Shown here in pieces: positions 1-9,107 of a DNA stretch of 55,269 nucleotides. A program made the position numbers and the translations under genes. Positions within the stretch are counted from its first letter, which is position 1. Each line of letters begins with the position of its first letter. The notes under the pieces were generated by a model. That model saw only the letters and a program-made list of their open reading frames with translations. It was not told where the DNA came from and searched no databases. The stretch comes from Flavobacteriales bacterium (GTDB lineage: Bacteria > Bacteroidota > Bacteroidia > Flavobacteriales_G > NORP312): the NCBI GenBank assembly GCA_018669945.1, contig JABHTA010000026.1, positions 1 through 55,269 of the forward strand, written 5' to 3'.

Positions 1-480
1 AAGTGGTTGTTTGGCCTAGCGCCAAAACAAATTGATGTTATTGTTCACCCTCAGTCTGTTATTCATTCAATAGTGCAATTCGAGGATGGTAGTATGAAAG
101 CGCAAATGGGATTGCCTGATATGAAACTTCCCATTCAATATGCAATTGGATATCCGAAACGGTTAAAAAATAATTTTCCTCGATTTAACTTTTTCGACTA
201 CCCAAATCTTTCCTTCGAACAACCTGATAAAGAAACCTTTAGCAACCTAAATCTTGCCTATTCTGCACTAGAAAAAGGAGGAAATATTGCTTGTGCATTA
301 AACGCAGCAAACGAAATTTCTGTTGATGCTTTTTTGAAAGGAAAAATTAAATTTTTAGACATTGCAGAAATTAATGGTAACAGCATAGAAAAAGTTACTT
401 TTGTCGCCCGTCCGAACTATGAAGATTATGTAGCAACCGATGAGCAAACAAGAATTATTGCAAAAGAATTAGTAGGATAA
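1..480 (+). CDS. dxr: 1-deoxy-D-xylulose-5-phosphate reductoisomerase, C-terminal part (5' end lies outside the window)
   Basis: Frame 1 is open from base 1; the track ORF at 7 starts on an internal TTG. HPQSVIHSIVQFEDGSMKAQMGLPDMKLPIQYA is the conserved Dxr C-terminal region. The classic dxr-rseP adjacency is present. Confidence 0.9.
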   Translation, partial: KWLFGLAPKQIDVIVHPQSVIHSIVQFEDGSMKAQMGLPDMKLPIQYAIGYPKRLKNNFPRFNFFDYPNLSFEQPDKETFSNLNLAYSALEKGGNIACALNAANEISVDAFLKGKIKFLDIAEINGNSIEKVTFVARPNYEDYVATDEQTRIIAKELVG

Positions 481-1833
481 ATGGAAACTTTAAGCATCAC
501 TGGACAACTTATTTTAAGCTTGTCAATATTAATTACGCTTCACGAATTAGGACATTTTGTTCCTGCGAAATTATTCGGAACTAAAGTGAGTAAATTCTAC
601 TTATTTTTTGATTTTCTGTTCCCTTTTCCAAATGTTGCCAATTTTTCACTTTTTAAGTTTACCAAAGGAGGAACTGAGTATGGTATTGGTTGGTTTCCTT
701 TCGGAGGATACGTCCAAATTGCCGGAATGATTGACGAAACTACTGACAAAGAAGACCTTGAAAAAGAACCCCAACCTTGGGAGTTTCGTTCAAAACCAGC
801 TTGGCAACGCCTTATTATTATGATTGGTGGTGTTACGGTTAATTTCTTTCTTGCTGTCGCCATTTATTCGATGGTGCTGTTCGTTTGGGGCAAGGAATAT
901 ATTCCCGCTAACAATGCTGTTTACGGTATTCATTGTGATGATCTCTTGATTAATTTAGGGTTTCAAGAAGGAGACAGAATTATCTCAATTGATGGTGAAA
1001 TAATTAATGCTAACGCGACAATTCAAGCTGTTTCAGGAGATATTATTTTAAACCAGCCATCAATAGTTACCGTTGATAGAGACGGTGCAGTAATTGATGT
1101 TTCGATTCCCGAAGATTTTGCTCAAGATGTGTTAAAAAATAAGGTAAAATCTCTATTTTCTCTGCGTGTGCCTATTGTTGTTGATACTTTAATTGCTGGG
1201 AATCCTGCCATCGATGCAGGTTTGTTAAAAGGAGACAGCATTGTTGGTGTAAACAATGTTTCAACATCCTACTTTTCTGATTTAGTTCAAGAATTGCATA
1301 AAAACACAGATCAAACTGTGAGTTTAAAATACTATAGAAATGGCTCTTTAAGTTCTCTAGATGTAAAAGTAACTAGCTCAGGGACTATTGGATTTGGAAA
1401 TACTAACCCGACTGAGTTTTTTGACTTCGAACAAAAAGAATACAATCTATTTTCTTGTGTTCCTGCCGGTTGGAACATGACAATAAATACACTAGATAGG
1501 TACATAGCACAATTACCACTAATTTTCTCTAAAGAAGGGGTTAAACAAATTGGTGGTTTCGGAACAATGGCTAAAATGTTTAATAAAGAATGGGTTTGGC
1601 GCTCATTCTGGATAATGACTGCTTTTATCTCCGTAATGTTGGCTTTTATGAATTTGCTTCCTATCCCAATGTTAGATGGTGGATATGTTATTTTTCTAAT
1701 TATCGAAATAATAATAAGAAGACCTGTGCCCGACAAAGTAATTGAAATTGCTAATATGTTTGGTTTAGCTCTTGTACTGCTATTATTAGTTTATGCAAAC
1801 GGCATGGACATCTTTAGAGGATTCTTCGAATAA
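481..1833 (+). CDS. rseP: RIP metalloprotease RseP (site-2 protease, M50 family)
   Basis: HELGH zinc motif sits in the first TM helix. There is a central PDZ-like region (GDRIISIDG, GDSIVGVNN) and a C-terminal NLLPIPMLDGG motif. The ATG directly follows the dxr stop. Confidence 0.9.
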   Translation: METLSITGQLILSLSILITLHELGHFVPAKLFGTKVSKFYLFFDFLFPFPNVANFSLFKFTKGGTEYGIGWFPFGGYVQIAGMIDETTDKEDLEKEPQPWEFRSKPAWQRLIIMIGGVTVNFFLAVAIYSMVLFVWGKEYIPANNAVYGIHCDDLLINLGFQEGDRIISIDGEIINANATIQAVSGDIILNQPSIVTVDRDGAVIDVSIPEDFAQDVLKNKVKSLFSLRVPIVVDTLIAGNPAIDAGLLKGDSIVGVNNVSTSYFSDLVQELHKNTDQTVSLKYYRNGSLSSLDVKVTSSGTIGFGNTNPTEFFDFEQKEYNLFSCVPAGWNMTINTLDRYIAQLPLIFSKEGVKQIGGFGTMAKMFNKEWVWRSFWIMTAFISVMLAFMNLLPIPMLDGGYVIFLIIEIIIRRPVPDKVIEIANMFGLALVLLLLVYANGMDIFRGFFE

Positions 1834-1908
1834 TATTTTCTCTCCTAAATAAACATCGTAATGTTGGTTACTTCGGCCAACCTAGTTCGTCTTGACTCCT
1901 AATCAAGG

Positions 1909-1916
1909 TAACTTTG
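1909..1916 (+). promoter_or_regulatory. Bacteroidota sigma-A -7 box (TAACTTTG)
   Basis: Exact match to TAnnTTTG, 17 nt upstream of the ATG at 1933. A TTG lies about 17 nt further upstream (1892..1894). Confidence 0.35.
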
Positions 1917-1932
1917 CAACAAAGCGGAGCTG

Positions 1933-2907
1933 ATGTTTAAAAAAGTTGTTATTTCAATTGTTGTTATTTTAGTTGCCTACGTATCATTCTCGCAAGACGC
2001 AACAATAAATCTGTCTACTTCAGAAGTCCTCCAACTTGCAACAATAGAAGAGCCTGCTTTAGATAAAGTAAGCGACTCCATAAAATATGTAAAAGTCATG
2101 ATTATTCCTTTCGATCCAAAGCTATATATGTCTGATGTAGACCGAGGCATTAGCAAAAAAACAGGAATGTCTCCGACTCAGATTAAGTACAATTTTCGAT
2201 TAGGATTAGCAAATACCATGTACAGTCAAACGATTAAAGATCACCCTTCAATTCAGATGTATTCCGCTGAAAATGAAGATGTTCAACAGGATTTATCATA
2301 TATCTATAAATCAACTGGGTATCACTACGATTACGTTCCTGAGGATGCAGAAAAACCAAAGCAATCTAAACCTAAGGAGGTATTAAACCAAATAAAAAAA
2401 CGTGCAGACGAAACACTCTATGGTTCCAAAGAACAAGGCGGAACAAAAATTAAAGATGGTCAACTCTATTCTGTTGACTACTCTAAAGATAGATTCATGA
2501 ATGTTAGAGTTCTTAATCCGAATATGTTTGAGTATTTATCTATTAAATACGAAGCTGGATATTTCGTATTCATTAATCAACTCGATGTAAAAATTGCTCC
2601 AGGAACAGATTATCGTGCACTTGAAAATGAAGTCTATCAAAGAGAAATCAAAGTACATTACTCCATATATGACCAATATGGAAATCAGATATATGCTAGT
2701 GCAGCTAAAAATTACTTTCCTTCAGTAATGAATGATATGAATATGATTATCAAAGGTTATATGCCGAAAATTTGTAATGAAATTGCTTTTCATATACCAA
2801 CTGAAAAACTGCCAAAAGTCGTACAAGAAAAACGTGAAGAGGAACAAAAACAAGCTGACGAGCAAGTAAAAGAATTAGACGCTACTTATAACCCCGCTCA
2901 ACGATAA
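1933..2907 (+). CDS. secreted hypothetical protein with a Lys/Glu-rich C-terminal tail
   Basis: 324-aa ORF with an N-terminal signal peptide (MFKKVVISIVVILVAYVSFSQ). I recognise no family motif. Confidence 0.6.
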   Translation: MFKKVVISIVVILVAYVSFSQDATINLSTSEVLQLATIEEPALDKVSDSIKYVKVMIIPFDPKLYMSDVDRGISKKTGMSPTQIKYNFRLGLANTMYSQTIKDHPSIQMYSAENEDVQQDLSYIYKSTGYHYDYVPEDAEKPKQSKPKEVLNQIKKRADETLYGSKEQGGTKIKDGQLYSVDYSKDRFMNVRVLNPNMFEYLSIKYEAGYFVFINQLDVKIAPGTDYRALENEVYQREIKVHYSIYDQYGNQIYASAAKNYFPSVMNDMNMIIKGYMPKICNEIAFHIPTEKLPKVVQEKREEEQKQADEQVKELDATYNPAQR

Positions 2908-2949
2908 AATCTTCAATAAACTTTCTGTAAACTCTCCCTCCTTTTTTCC

Positions 2950-2957
2950 TAATTTTG
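2950..2957 (+). promoter_or_regulatory. Bacteroidota sigma-A -7 box (TAATTTTG)
   Basis: Exact TAnnTTTG match, 26 nt upstream of the ATG at 2983. Confidence 0.35.
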
Positions 2958-2982
2958 CAATTCAATTTTGAAAAACAAAAAC

Positions 2983-4539
2983 ATGGAAGCTGTAATGACT
3001 GATATTTATGGAATTCAAGAGGCGTTAAAAGCTCTTGGATTAAAAGAACTTAACGAAGGAACTTCAACTGGCTCTAACAATTTTGGGGGCGGAGAAACGA
3101 TCTCTTCCTACTCTCCAACCGATGGAAGCTTAATTGGAAAAGTTACCACTACAACTAAAGAAGACTATGAAAAGGTTATGGCGTCTTCCACATTAGCTTA
3201 TTTGAGCTTTAGAGAAATGCCGGCCCCTCAAAGAGGTGAGTTAGTTCGTCAATTTGGCAACAAATTAAGAGAATTAAAAGAACCACTTGGGAAACTAGTT
3301 TCATACGAAATGGGGAAATCTTTGCAAGAAGGCTACGGTGAAGTTCAAGAAATGATTGACATCTGTGATTTTGCAGTTGGATTGTCTCGTCAACTGAACG
3401 GACAAACTATTCCATCCGAACGACCTGGCCACGTAATGAGAGAGCAGTGGCACTCTATTGGAGTTGTTGGCATCATTTCAGCGTTTAACTTTCCTGTTGC
3501 TGTGTGGGCTTGGAATACCGCTTTAGCTTGGATTTGTGGAGACACTTGTGTTTGGAAAGGCTCGGAAAAAGCTCCTTTATGCGCGGTGGCTTGCCAAAAA
3601 ATTGCTGCTACAGTTTTCGCAGACAACAAATTACCGGAAGGTATTTCTTGCATTATCAATGGAGATTATAAAGTTGGTGAAATGATGACAACCGATGAAA
3701 GAATTCCTTTAATCTCTGCTACCGGGTCTACTCGTATGGGAAGAATTGTTGGTGCAACGGTCGCTCAACGTTTCGGAAAATCTTTATTAGAGTTAGGCGG
3801 AAACAATGCAATAATTATTACTCCAACTGCTGATTTAAAAGTTGTTGTTCCAGGTGCTGTCTTTGGCGCTGTTGGTACTTGTGGGCAAAGGTGTACCTCT
3901 ACAAGAAGGCTTCTAATTCACGACTCTGTGTACGATAAAGTGAAAGATGCAATAGTTGGTGCTTATGGACAATTAACAATTGGTAACCCTTTAGATGAAA
4001 AGAACCACATTGGACCACTTATCGATAAAAATTCCGTAAATACATATTTATCAGCAATAGAGTCTGCTAAATCTGAAGGAGGAACTGTATTGGTTGACGG
4101 AGGAGTTCTAGAAGGAGAAGGTTTTGAAAGCGGATGTTACGTTAAACCAGCAATTATTGAAGCGAAAAACGATTACGCAATTGTTCAAGCAGAAACTTTT
4201 GCGCCAATTTTATACTTAGTTAAATACTCAGGGGGGGTTGAAAATGCAATTGCTATGCAAAACGGAGTTGCGCAAGGACTGTCTTCTGCAATTATGACTA
4301 ACGACTTAAAAGAAGCAGAGAAATTCTTATCATTCTCTGGATCTGATTGCGGAATTGCTAATGTGAATATTGGAACATCCGGTGCTGAGATTGGTGGTGC
4401 TTTCGGTGGCGAAAAAGAAACTGGGGGTGGTCGTGAATCTGGTTCTGATGCATGGAAAGTATACATGAGAAGACAAACGAATACAATCAATTATTCTGAT
4501 GAGCTTCCTTTAGCGCAAGGAATCAAATTTGATATATAA
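2983..4539 (+). CDS. aldehyde dehydrogenase, ALDH7/antiquitin-like (probable alpha-aminoadipic/piperideine-6-carboxylate semialdehyde dehydrogenase)
   Basis: EVQEMIDICDFAVGLSRQLNG is ALDH7-typical. Catalytic motifs LELGGNNA and GTCGQRCTSTRRL are present. The track start at 2968 is a TTG, so the first ATG (2983) is preferred. Confidence 0.85.
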   Translation: MEAVMTDIYGIQEALKALGLKELNEGTSTGSNNFGGGETISSYSPTDGSLIGKVTTTTKEDYEKVMASSTLAYLSFREMPAPQRGELVRQFGNKLRELKEPLGKLVSYEMGKSLQEGYGEVQEMIDICDFAVGLSRQLNGQTIPSERPGHVMREQWHSIGVVGIISAFNFPVAVWAWNTALAWICGDTCVWKGSEKAPLCAVACQKIAATVFADNKLPEGISCIINGDYKVGEMMTTDERIPLISATGSTRMGRIVGATVAQRFGKSLLELGGNNAIIITPTADLKVVVPGAVFGAVGTCGQRCTSTRRLLIHDSVYDKVKDAIVGAYGQLTIGNPLDEKNHIGPLIDKNSVNTYLSAIESAKSEGGTVLVDGGVLEGEGFESGCYVKPAIIEAKNDYAIVQAETFAPILYLVKYSGGVENAIAMQNGVAQGLSSAIMTNDLKEAEKFLSFSGSDCGIANVNIGTSGAEIGGAFGGEKETGGGRESGSDAWKVYMRRQTNTINYSDELPLAQGIKFDI

Positions 4540-4556
4540 TTCAAATAACACTTTAT

Positions 4557-4588
4557 AAAAAAGCCGAAGTTTTCACTTCGGCTTTTTT
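4557..4588. terminator. bidirectional rho-independent terminator between convergent genes
   Basis: Perfect 8-bp stem GCCGAAGT/ACTTCGGC with a TTTC loop. It is flanked by an A6 tract on the left and a T6 tract on the right. Confidence 0.8.
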
Positions 4589-4592
4589 GCTT

Positions 4593-6485
4593 CTATTGAT
4601 TAGCGAGCTTTTGCAGCTTTTGGATGTAAGCCTCGTTTTCTTGCTTACCTAATTTCTGAGCTTTTAGTATCCCCTCCAATGCTTGCTTATACTTTCCTTC
4701 TGCTTCAAAACATATAGCTCTGTTGTGGTAAGCATCTGGATTGTTCGGATTGATTTGTAAAACAGCATTATAACCCAAAACAGCACTTTCTAATTTATTA
4801 GCCCGATGATACGCTAGTGCTCTCATGAAATGAATTCTCTGGTTATTGGGCTGAAGTTGAAGTACAATGGTGAAGTCTGAAATTGCCTTCTCAAAATCTC
4901 CGTACTCTATATACGCAAATCCTCTATTAATATGAATCTGGTAATTGTTCGGCTCGTAAAACAGCGCTTTTTCATAATCTTTAAATGCATTCTCATACTG
5001 CTTCAGTATAGAATATGTGATTGCTCTATTAACATATATTTCTGTTAAATCTGAGTTGATAGATAATGCAATTTCATAATCCTTCAGAGCTAACTCGTAT
5101 TTCCCCATTTTCCCTAACATATTTGCTCTTCCCATTCTCACCCTGGGACCCTTTGGAAAACGTTTAACCAAATAATCAAATTTCTCAAAAGCCTTCTGAT
5201 CGTTTCCGTTATCCATAAAGTATTCTGCTATTTTTTTATGGCCAAATGCCCTGTCAGGATAGACTTTTATCTGCTGTGACCATAGCGAAATAGAATCTTT
5301 CCATGTTTTCGATTGGTTAAATGTTAGCCAGCATAATCCTATGCAAATAGCGCTGGTAATAGCATAAACAGCTATTCTCATAAAAGATCCTTTTTCAACT
5401 AATTTGTCTAATCCCATAGCAAATAAAAAAAACAAACCTACATACGCCATATATGAATATCGCTCAGCATATATGGCGCTGCCAACAGAAACGAATTGAA
5501 GAACTAATGCAACATTTATTAAATAAAAAAACAGCCCAAACACTATCGCTTTATTACGATTCCAGAAAAATAACGCACCTCCAAATACAATCACTGATAG
5601 GGCTGGGAGTATATAATATAGGTAGGGTAATCTTGTTCCGTTATCTACCAAAGACGGATACGGATGAAAAGCCGTTAAGCCAAAGGGCCAAATCGACTTA
5701 CCGACATAGACCAAGCTTCCATATCCAGCAAATAAAGCTCTCTGTGTTGTTGTAAACGTGTCGAATGACGCTATAGCTTCGGTAGCATTCTGCGATTTTA
5801 TTGCGAGAATTCCAAACACAATTGACAACACAAACAGCGGAATTTTTTCTACAAAAAGCTTAATGGTTAATTTTCGTCCTTGAAAATAGTCAATCAAAAG
5901 TAGAATAACCGGAAGCACAACAGCCGCAGATTTGGAAAGTAATGACCCCAAAAAAAGTAATAGTAAAATAAGATACTTTTTCCAGTCCGAAGAATCCTTA
6001 TAGCTAAGATAAACGAGGAGGGAGCCTAAATAAAAAGCAGCATACAGCAAATCCTTTCTTTCCGAAATCCAAGCTACAGATTCAACATGCATTGGGTGCA
6101 CTCCAAAGAGAATTGCGGTAATAAGAGCCGCGTCTTTTCTTCCAATTAATTTAAAGATAAAGAAAAAAACCAGGCCAGTATTCAGTAAATGAAGAAGGTA
6201 ATTCGTGAAATGATAAATTACAGGGTTGAACTCGGCGAGGCTATATTCAACCATATAACTTATCATCGTAAATGGATGATAATTACCATGATGATATTCC
6301 GTGAACCAATACTTTATTTGCCCCCAAGAAAACTCCTTGATATTCTCATTATTCAGAACATAAACTTCATCGTCCCAGTTAGTCCAGCCATTAATTAATG
6401 AAGGGGAAAATGCGATACCAGTAATAACAATTGCAATTAGGAGTAATGCCCAGTTCAAGCCCTTCTTTTCTTCTCCTTCTGACAT
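4593..6485 (-). CDS. GT-C-fold membrane glycosyltransferase-like protein with C-terminal TPR repeats (TMTC/DUF1736-like)
   Basis: The N-terminal region of about 400 aa is polytopic. WDDEVY lies in the first loop and HPMHVESVAWISERKDLL matches the DUF1736/TMTC signature. The C-terminal ~200 aa contain at least 5 TPR units (for example AFKDYEKALFYEPNN and AISDFTIVLQLQPNN). Confidence 0.75.
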   Translation of the reverse strand: MSEGEEKKGLNWALLLIAIVITGIAFSPSLINGWTNWDDEVYVLNNENIKEFSWGQIKYWFTEYHHGNYHPFTMISYMVEYSLAEFNPVIYHFTNYLLHLLNTGLVFFFIFKLIGRKDAALITAILFGVHPMHVESVAWISERKDLLYAAFYLGSLLVYLSYKDSSDWKKYLILLLLFLGSLLSKSAAVVLPVILLLIDYFQGRKLTIKLFVEKIPLFVLSIVFGILAIKSQNATEAIASFDTFTTTQRALFAGYGSLVYVGKSIWPFGLTAFHPYPSLVDNGTRLPYLYYILPALSVIVFGGALFFWNRNKAIVFGLFFYLINVALVLQFVSVGSAIYAERYSYMAYVGLFFLFAMGLDKLVEKGSFMRIAVYAITSAICIGLCWLTFNQSKTWKDSISLWSQQIKVYPDRAFGHKKIAEYFMDNGNDQKAFEKFDYLVKRFPKGPRVRMGRANMLGKMGKYELALKDYEIALSINSDLTEIYVNRAITYSILKQYENAFKDYEKALFYEPNNYQIHINRGFAYIEYGDFEKAISDFTIVLQLQPNNQRIHFMRALAYHRANKLESAVLGYNAVLQINPNNPDAYHNRAICFEAEGKYKQALEGILKAQKLGKQENEAYIQKLQKLANQ

Positions 6486-6488
6486 AAA

Positions 6489-7109
6489 TTAGTTACAAGT
6501 TTCTAATAGTTCTTTTGCCTGTCTGTTACCCCATTTCGGATATAAATCTCCTTTTGAACTGTATGATTTGAACTTTGTAATCGCCTCTTCAAAAAGTGGT
6601 TTAGCCTTACTTTTTCCTCCTCCCATAAATGGTGGCGAAAAATATAATGAACTAGCTTTTAAAAAATAATATCTAGGGTTTTGAGGGTCTAAAACGTAAG
6701 CTTTTTCTCGTGCTATATTTGACTTTGTTCCGAACTCTTTTATTCTGCTTCCAGGTGCCACCGTTATTCTTATTGAATAAACCCAGCTTTGTAAAAGTAA
6801 AACCTCTGCCTCGTCTTTCTTTAGTATAGCCAATTTGTCCAACATAGATTGCGCCTTATCCAGGAGTCCATCTCTGTTTGCTATTGGAGCTATATAAGCC
6901 GCAGCAGCATAGTTAAATGAACACCAATAATACACCAACCAATTATTTGCTTGTAAAGAAACTATTTGTTCCGTTTCTTTCGCTAATCGTTCAAACGTAA
7001 AACTAGTGGTCGCTGTATCTGATTGACTAATTAAGTTTTTTAAACTTGTACCAGCTTTTACAGAACAAGTGAGGCAAATTAAAACTACTATTATCACATG
7101 TTTGTACAT
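6489..7109 (-). CDS. secreted hypothetical helical protein
   Basis: The ORF ends 3 nt before the start of the TMTC-like gene. The signal peptide begins at the internal Met (MYKHVIIVVLICLTCSVKA). The longer track start at 7169 falls inside the predicted promoter box. Confidence 0.6.
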   Translation of the reverse strand: MYKHVIIVVLICLTCSVKAGTSLKNLISQSDTATTSFTFERLAKETEQIVSLQANNWLVYYWCSFNYAAAAYIAPIANRDGLLDKAQSMLDKLAILKKDEAEVLLLQSWVYSIRITVAPGSRIKEFGTKSNIAREKAYVLDPQNPRYYFLKASSLYFSPPFMGGGKSKAKPLFEEAITKFKSYSSKGDLYPKWGNRQAKELLETCN

Positions 7110-7166
7110 GAAGCGAAAATACGTAAAACAACTATAAAGGTTGCTCTCTTTATTGTACTGCATCTG

Positions 7167-7174
7167 CAAATATA
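7167..7174 (-). promoter_or_regulatory. Bacteroidota sigma-A -7 box (TATATTTG on the minus strand)
   Basis: The plus strand reads CAAATATA, the reverse complement of TAnnTTTG. It lies about 58 nt upstream of the ATG at 7109. Confidence 0.3.
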
Positions 7175-7351
7175 GCTAGCGCCCTCGAAAATAAGTTATT
7201 CCTTTCAAGATGCTTTTAAGTTATTACGTATTGAATTTGGAGACGCTCAACCAAATGCTAAATTTTTACATTCCCTTTTTAACATTAGGATAGTATAATT
7301 ATCCTCTCGCACATGCTATGTTAAAGAAGATTTGCGACATTACACATTAAA

Positions 7352-7726
7352 TTATTTTACCCTAAAAGAAAAGGGAATGTCAACCAACTCTTCGAATTCC
7401 TCCCCCGCCGCTTTCATGTCAATGTCTCGCTCATGATACAACCATTCAACTTTAACTTTCTTATCACTTCCCATTAACTTTTCAAGCTTTAATAAGATAT
7501 TCAAAAAAGCCTTGTAAGTTGACGAGTTAAAGTAATCTAAATCAAACTGCAGCAAAGTAAAGTCTGCTGGAAATGCTATATACAAATCAATCCAATCTAA
7601 AACAGGCAAATAAACCCCAACAGAGTCTTCAGGAAACGAACGTCCCCGAATTATCATGTTCCCTGATTTCGAATTAAAGTCAAGCATTGGAACATCTGCG
7701 CCTCCTTCCTTAAAATAATTCTCCAT
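7352..7726 (-). CDS. SiaC-like regulatory phosphoprotein (DUF1987)
   Basis: RGRSFPEDSVGVYLPVLDWI, LDYFNSST and VEWLYHERDIDM..GEEF match the DUF1987/SiaC pattern. The ATG at 7726 lies 2 nt after the stop of the upstream kinase-like gene. Confidence 0.7.
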   Translation of the reverse strand: MENYFKEGGADVPMLDFNSKSGNMIIRGRSFPEDSVGVYLPVLDWIDLYIAFPADFTLLQFDLDYFNSSTYKAFLNILLKLEKLMGSDKKVKVEWLYHERDIDMKAAGEEFEELVDIPFSFRVK

Positions 7727-7728
7727 AA

Positions 7729-8274
7729 CTAAATTTTTACAGTCAATTGAAGAGAAAAAAAAGAGACTTTTCCATCTATTTCCTGAAAACAATATTTCAT
7801 TTTTCCTTCAGTCTTCCTTGCCATATATATAATACCTATACCTGCATTTCCGTCTTCTGAAAGGGATGAATTAACCAATATGCCATGTTGCATCTGTCTT
7901 AATCCATCTTCATCCATTTTATTAACCTTATCGAATCTAGATTTCAGCACTTCAACTTTATCATTGTGAACAAAATTACCAACCCCTATAAGGAACTCGT
8001 TATTTTGCTTCCCCATAAGCACAATTCCAGATCGCATCTTTTTTTCATTTTCAACTAATGCCCCGTGTTTACAAATGTTCTGTAAACACTCTACAATGAC
8101 TCCAAATATTCTGCTTGGCCCTCCTTTATCAATCTTATATTGCTCGGTAACAACTAAAATAGCTTTAACCAATTCATGATTAAATTCTCCCTTAAAAGCA
8201 AGAACCAAGTTTTCTTTCTCTAATTTAGAATACCATTCGAAACACGTATTATGATCTATCCACTTCTCTGCCAT
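7729..8274 (-). CDS. SiaB-like protein kinase (GHKL ATPase-like, DUF6272)
   Basis: 181 aa. It has an N-box-like ECLQNICKHG and a G-box-like GNAGIGIIYMARK, and it is tightly coupled to the DUF1987 gene. Confidence 0.65.
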   Translation of the reverse strand: MAEKWIDHNTCFEWYSKLEKENLVLAFKGEFNHELVKAILVVTEQYKIDKGGPSRIFGVIVECLQNICKHGALVENEKKMRSGIVLMGKQNNEFLIGVGNFVHNDKVEVLKSRFDKVNKMDEDGLRQMQHGILVNSSLSEDGNAGIGIIYMARKTEGKMKYCFQEIDGKVSFFSLQLTVKI

Positions 8275-8396
8275 TACAACTCAACTCAACCAAGATTATA
8301 AATTATTCCTTTTTAATAATAATCTGCGGCAAAATATGAAATTTTTCATTATTACAATTCATTAATAAAAATCTATCTTAGTCGCCGCTTATACGC

Positions 8397-9107
8397 ATGT
8401 CAGACAGTTTAGTTATAATACCAACATTTAACGAAAAAGAGAACATCGAAAAGATGATTCACAAAGTGTTTTCGTTATCTAAAAAATTCCACTTGTTAAT
8501 CATCGATGACGGCTCACCAGATGGAACCGGTGAAATAATTAAGAAATTACAAACGCACTATACTGATACATTATTCTTAGTTGAGCGAAGTGGTAAATTA
8601 GGTTTAGGTACTGCATACATTAAAGGATTTAAATGGGCTTTAGAAAAAAAATACGCCTTCATCTATGAAATGGATGCTGATTTTTCTCATGACCCTGAGG
8701 ATCTAGAGCGTCTATATAACGCCTGTATTGCTGGTGCTGATCTTGCTATTGGTTCTCGCTATGTTTCTGGTGGTAAAGTGAAAAATTGGCCAATGAGTAG
8801 AATCTTGATGTCATACTTTGCTTCAGTATATGTTAATATGATTCTTTGGATGGGGATTAAAGACACTACTGCTGGCTTTAAATGTTATAAAAGAAAAGTG
8901 CTCGAATCTATTGACCTGAGTAAAATTCGATTTATGGGGTACGCCTTTCAGGTTGAAATGAAGTACACTGCGCACTTGCACGGATTTAAATTAGTTGAAG
9001 TTCCTATAACATTTGTAGACCGTGTTCTAGGAACTTCAAAAATGAGTGCGAAAATATTTAAAGAAGCTTTTTTTGGAGTGTTCCTAATCAAAGGAAAGGA
9101 ATTATAA
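8397..9107 (+). CDS. polyprenol monophosphomannose synthase (GT2, DPM1/Ppm1-like)
   Basis: IIPTFNEKENI, DDGSPDGTG, GLGTAYIKGF, EMDADFSHDPEDL and GSRY..GG..NWP are characteristic of dolichyl/polyprenyl-phosphate mannosyltransferases. Confidence 0.85.
   Translation: MSDSLVIIPTFNEKENIEKMIHKVFSLSKKFHLLIIDDGSPDGTGEIIKKLQTHYTDTLFLVERSGKLGLGTAYIKGFKWALEKKYAFIYEMDADFSHDPEDLERLYNACIAGADLAIGSRYVSGGKVKNWPMSRILMSYFASVYVNMILWMGIKDTTAGFKCYKRKVLESIDLSKIRFMGYAFQVEMKYTAHLHGFKLVEVPITFVDRVLGTSKMSAKIFKEAFFGVFLIKGKEL

Noticed and set aside
597-1736. Antisense ORFs 597..863 and 1332..1736 inside rseP
   Set aside because: They lie wholly inside a well-supported CDS on the opposite strand. Their composition is low-complexity and they carry no motifs. 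They are typical shadow ORFs.
3390-4490. Antisense ORFs 3390..3659 and 4185..4490 inside the aldehyde dehydrogenase gene
   Set aside because: Shadow frames of a strongly supported CDS.
7110-7169. Longer start (7169) for the secreted protein 6489..7109
   Set aside because: The extension precedes the signal peptide and overlaps the predicted -7 box (7167..7174). The internal ATG gives a canonical signal peptide.
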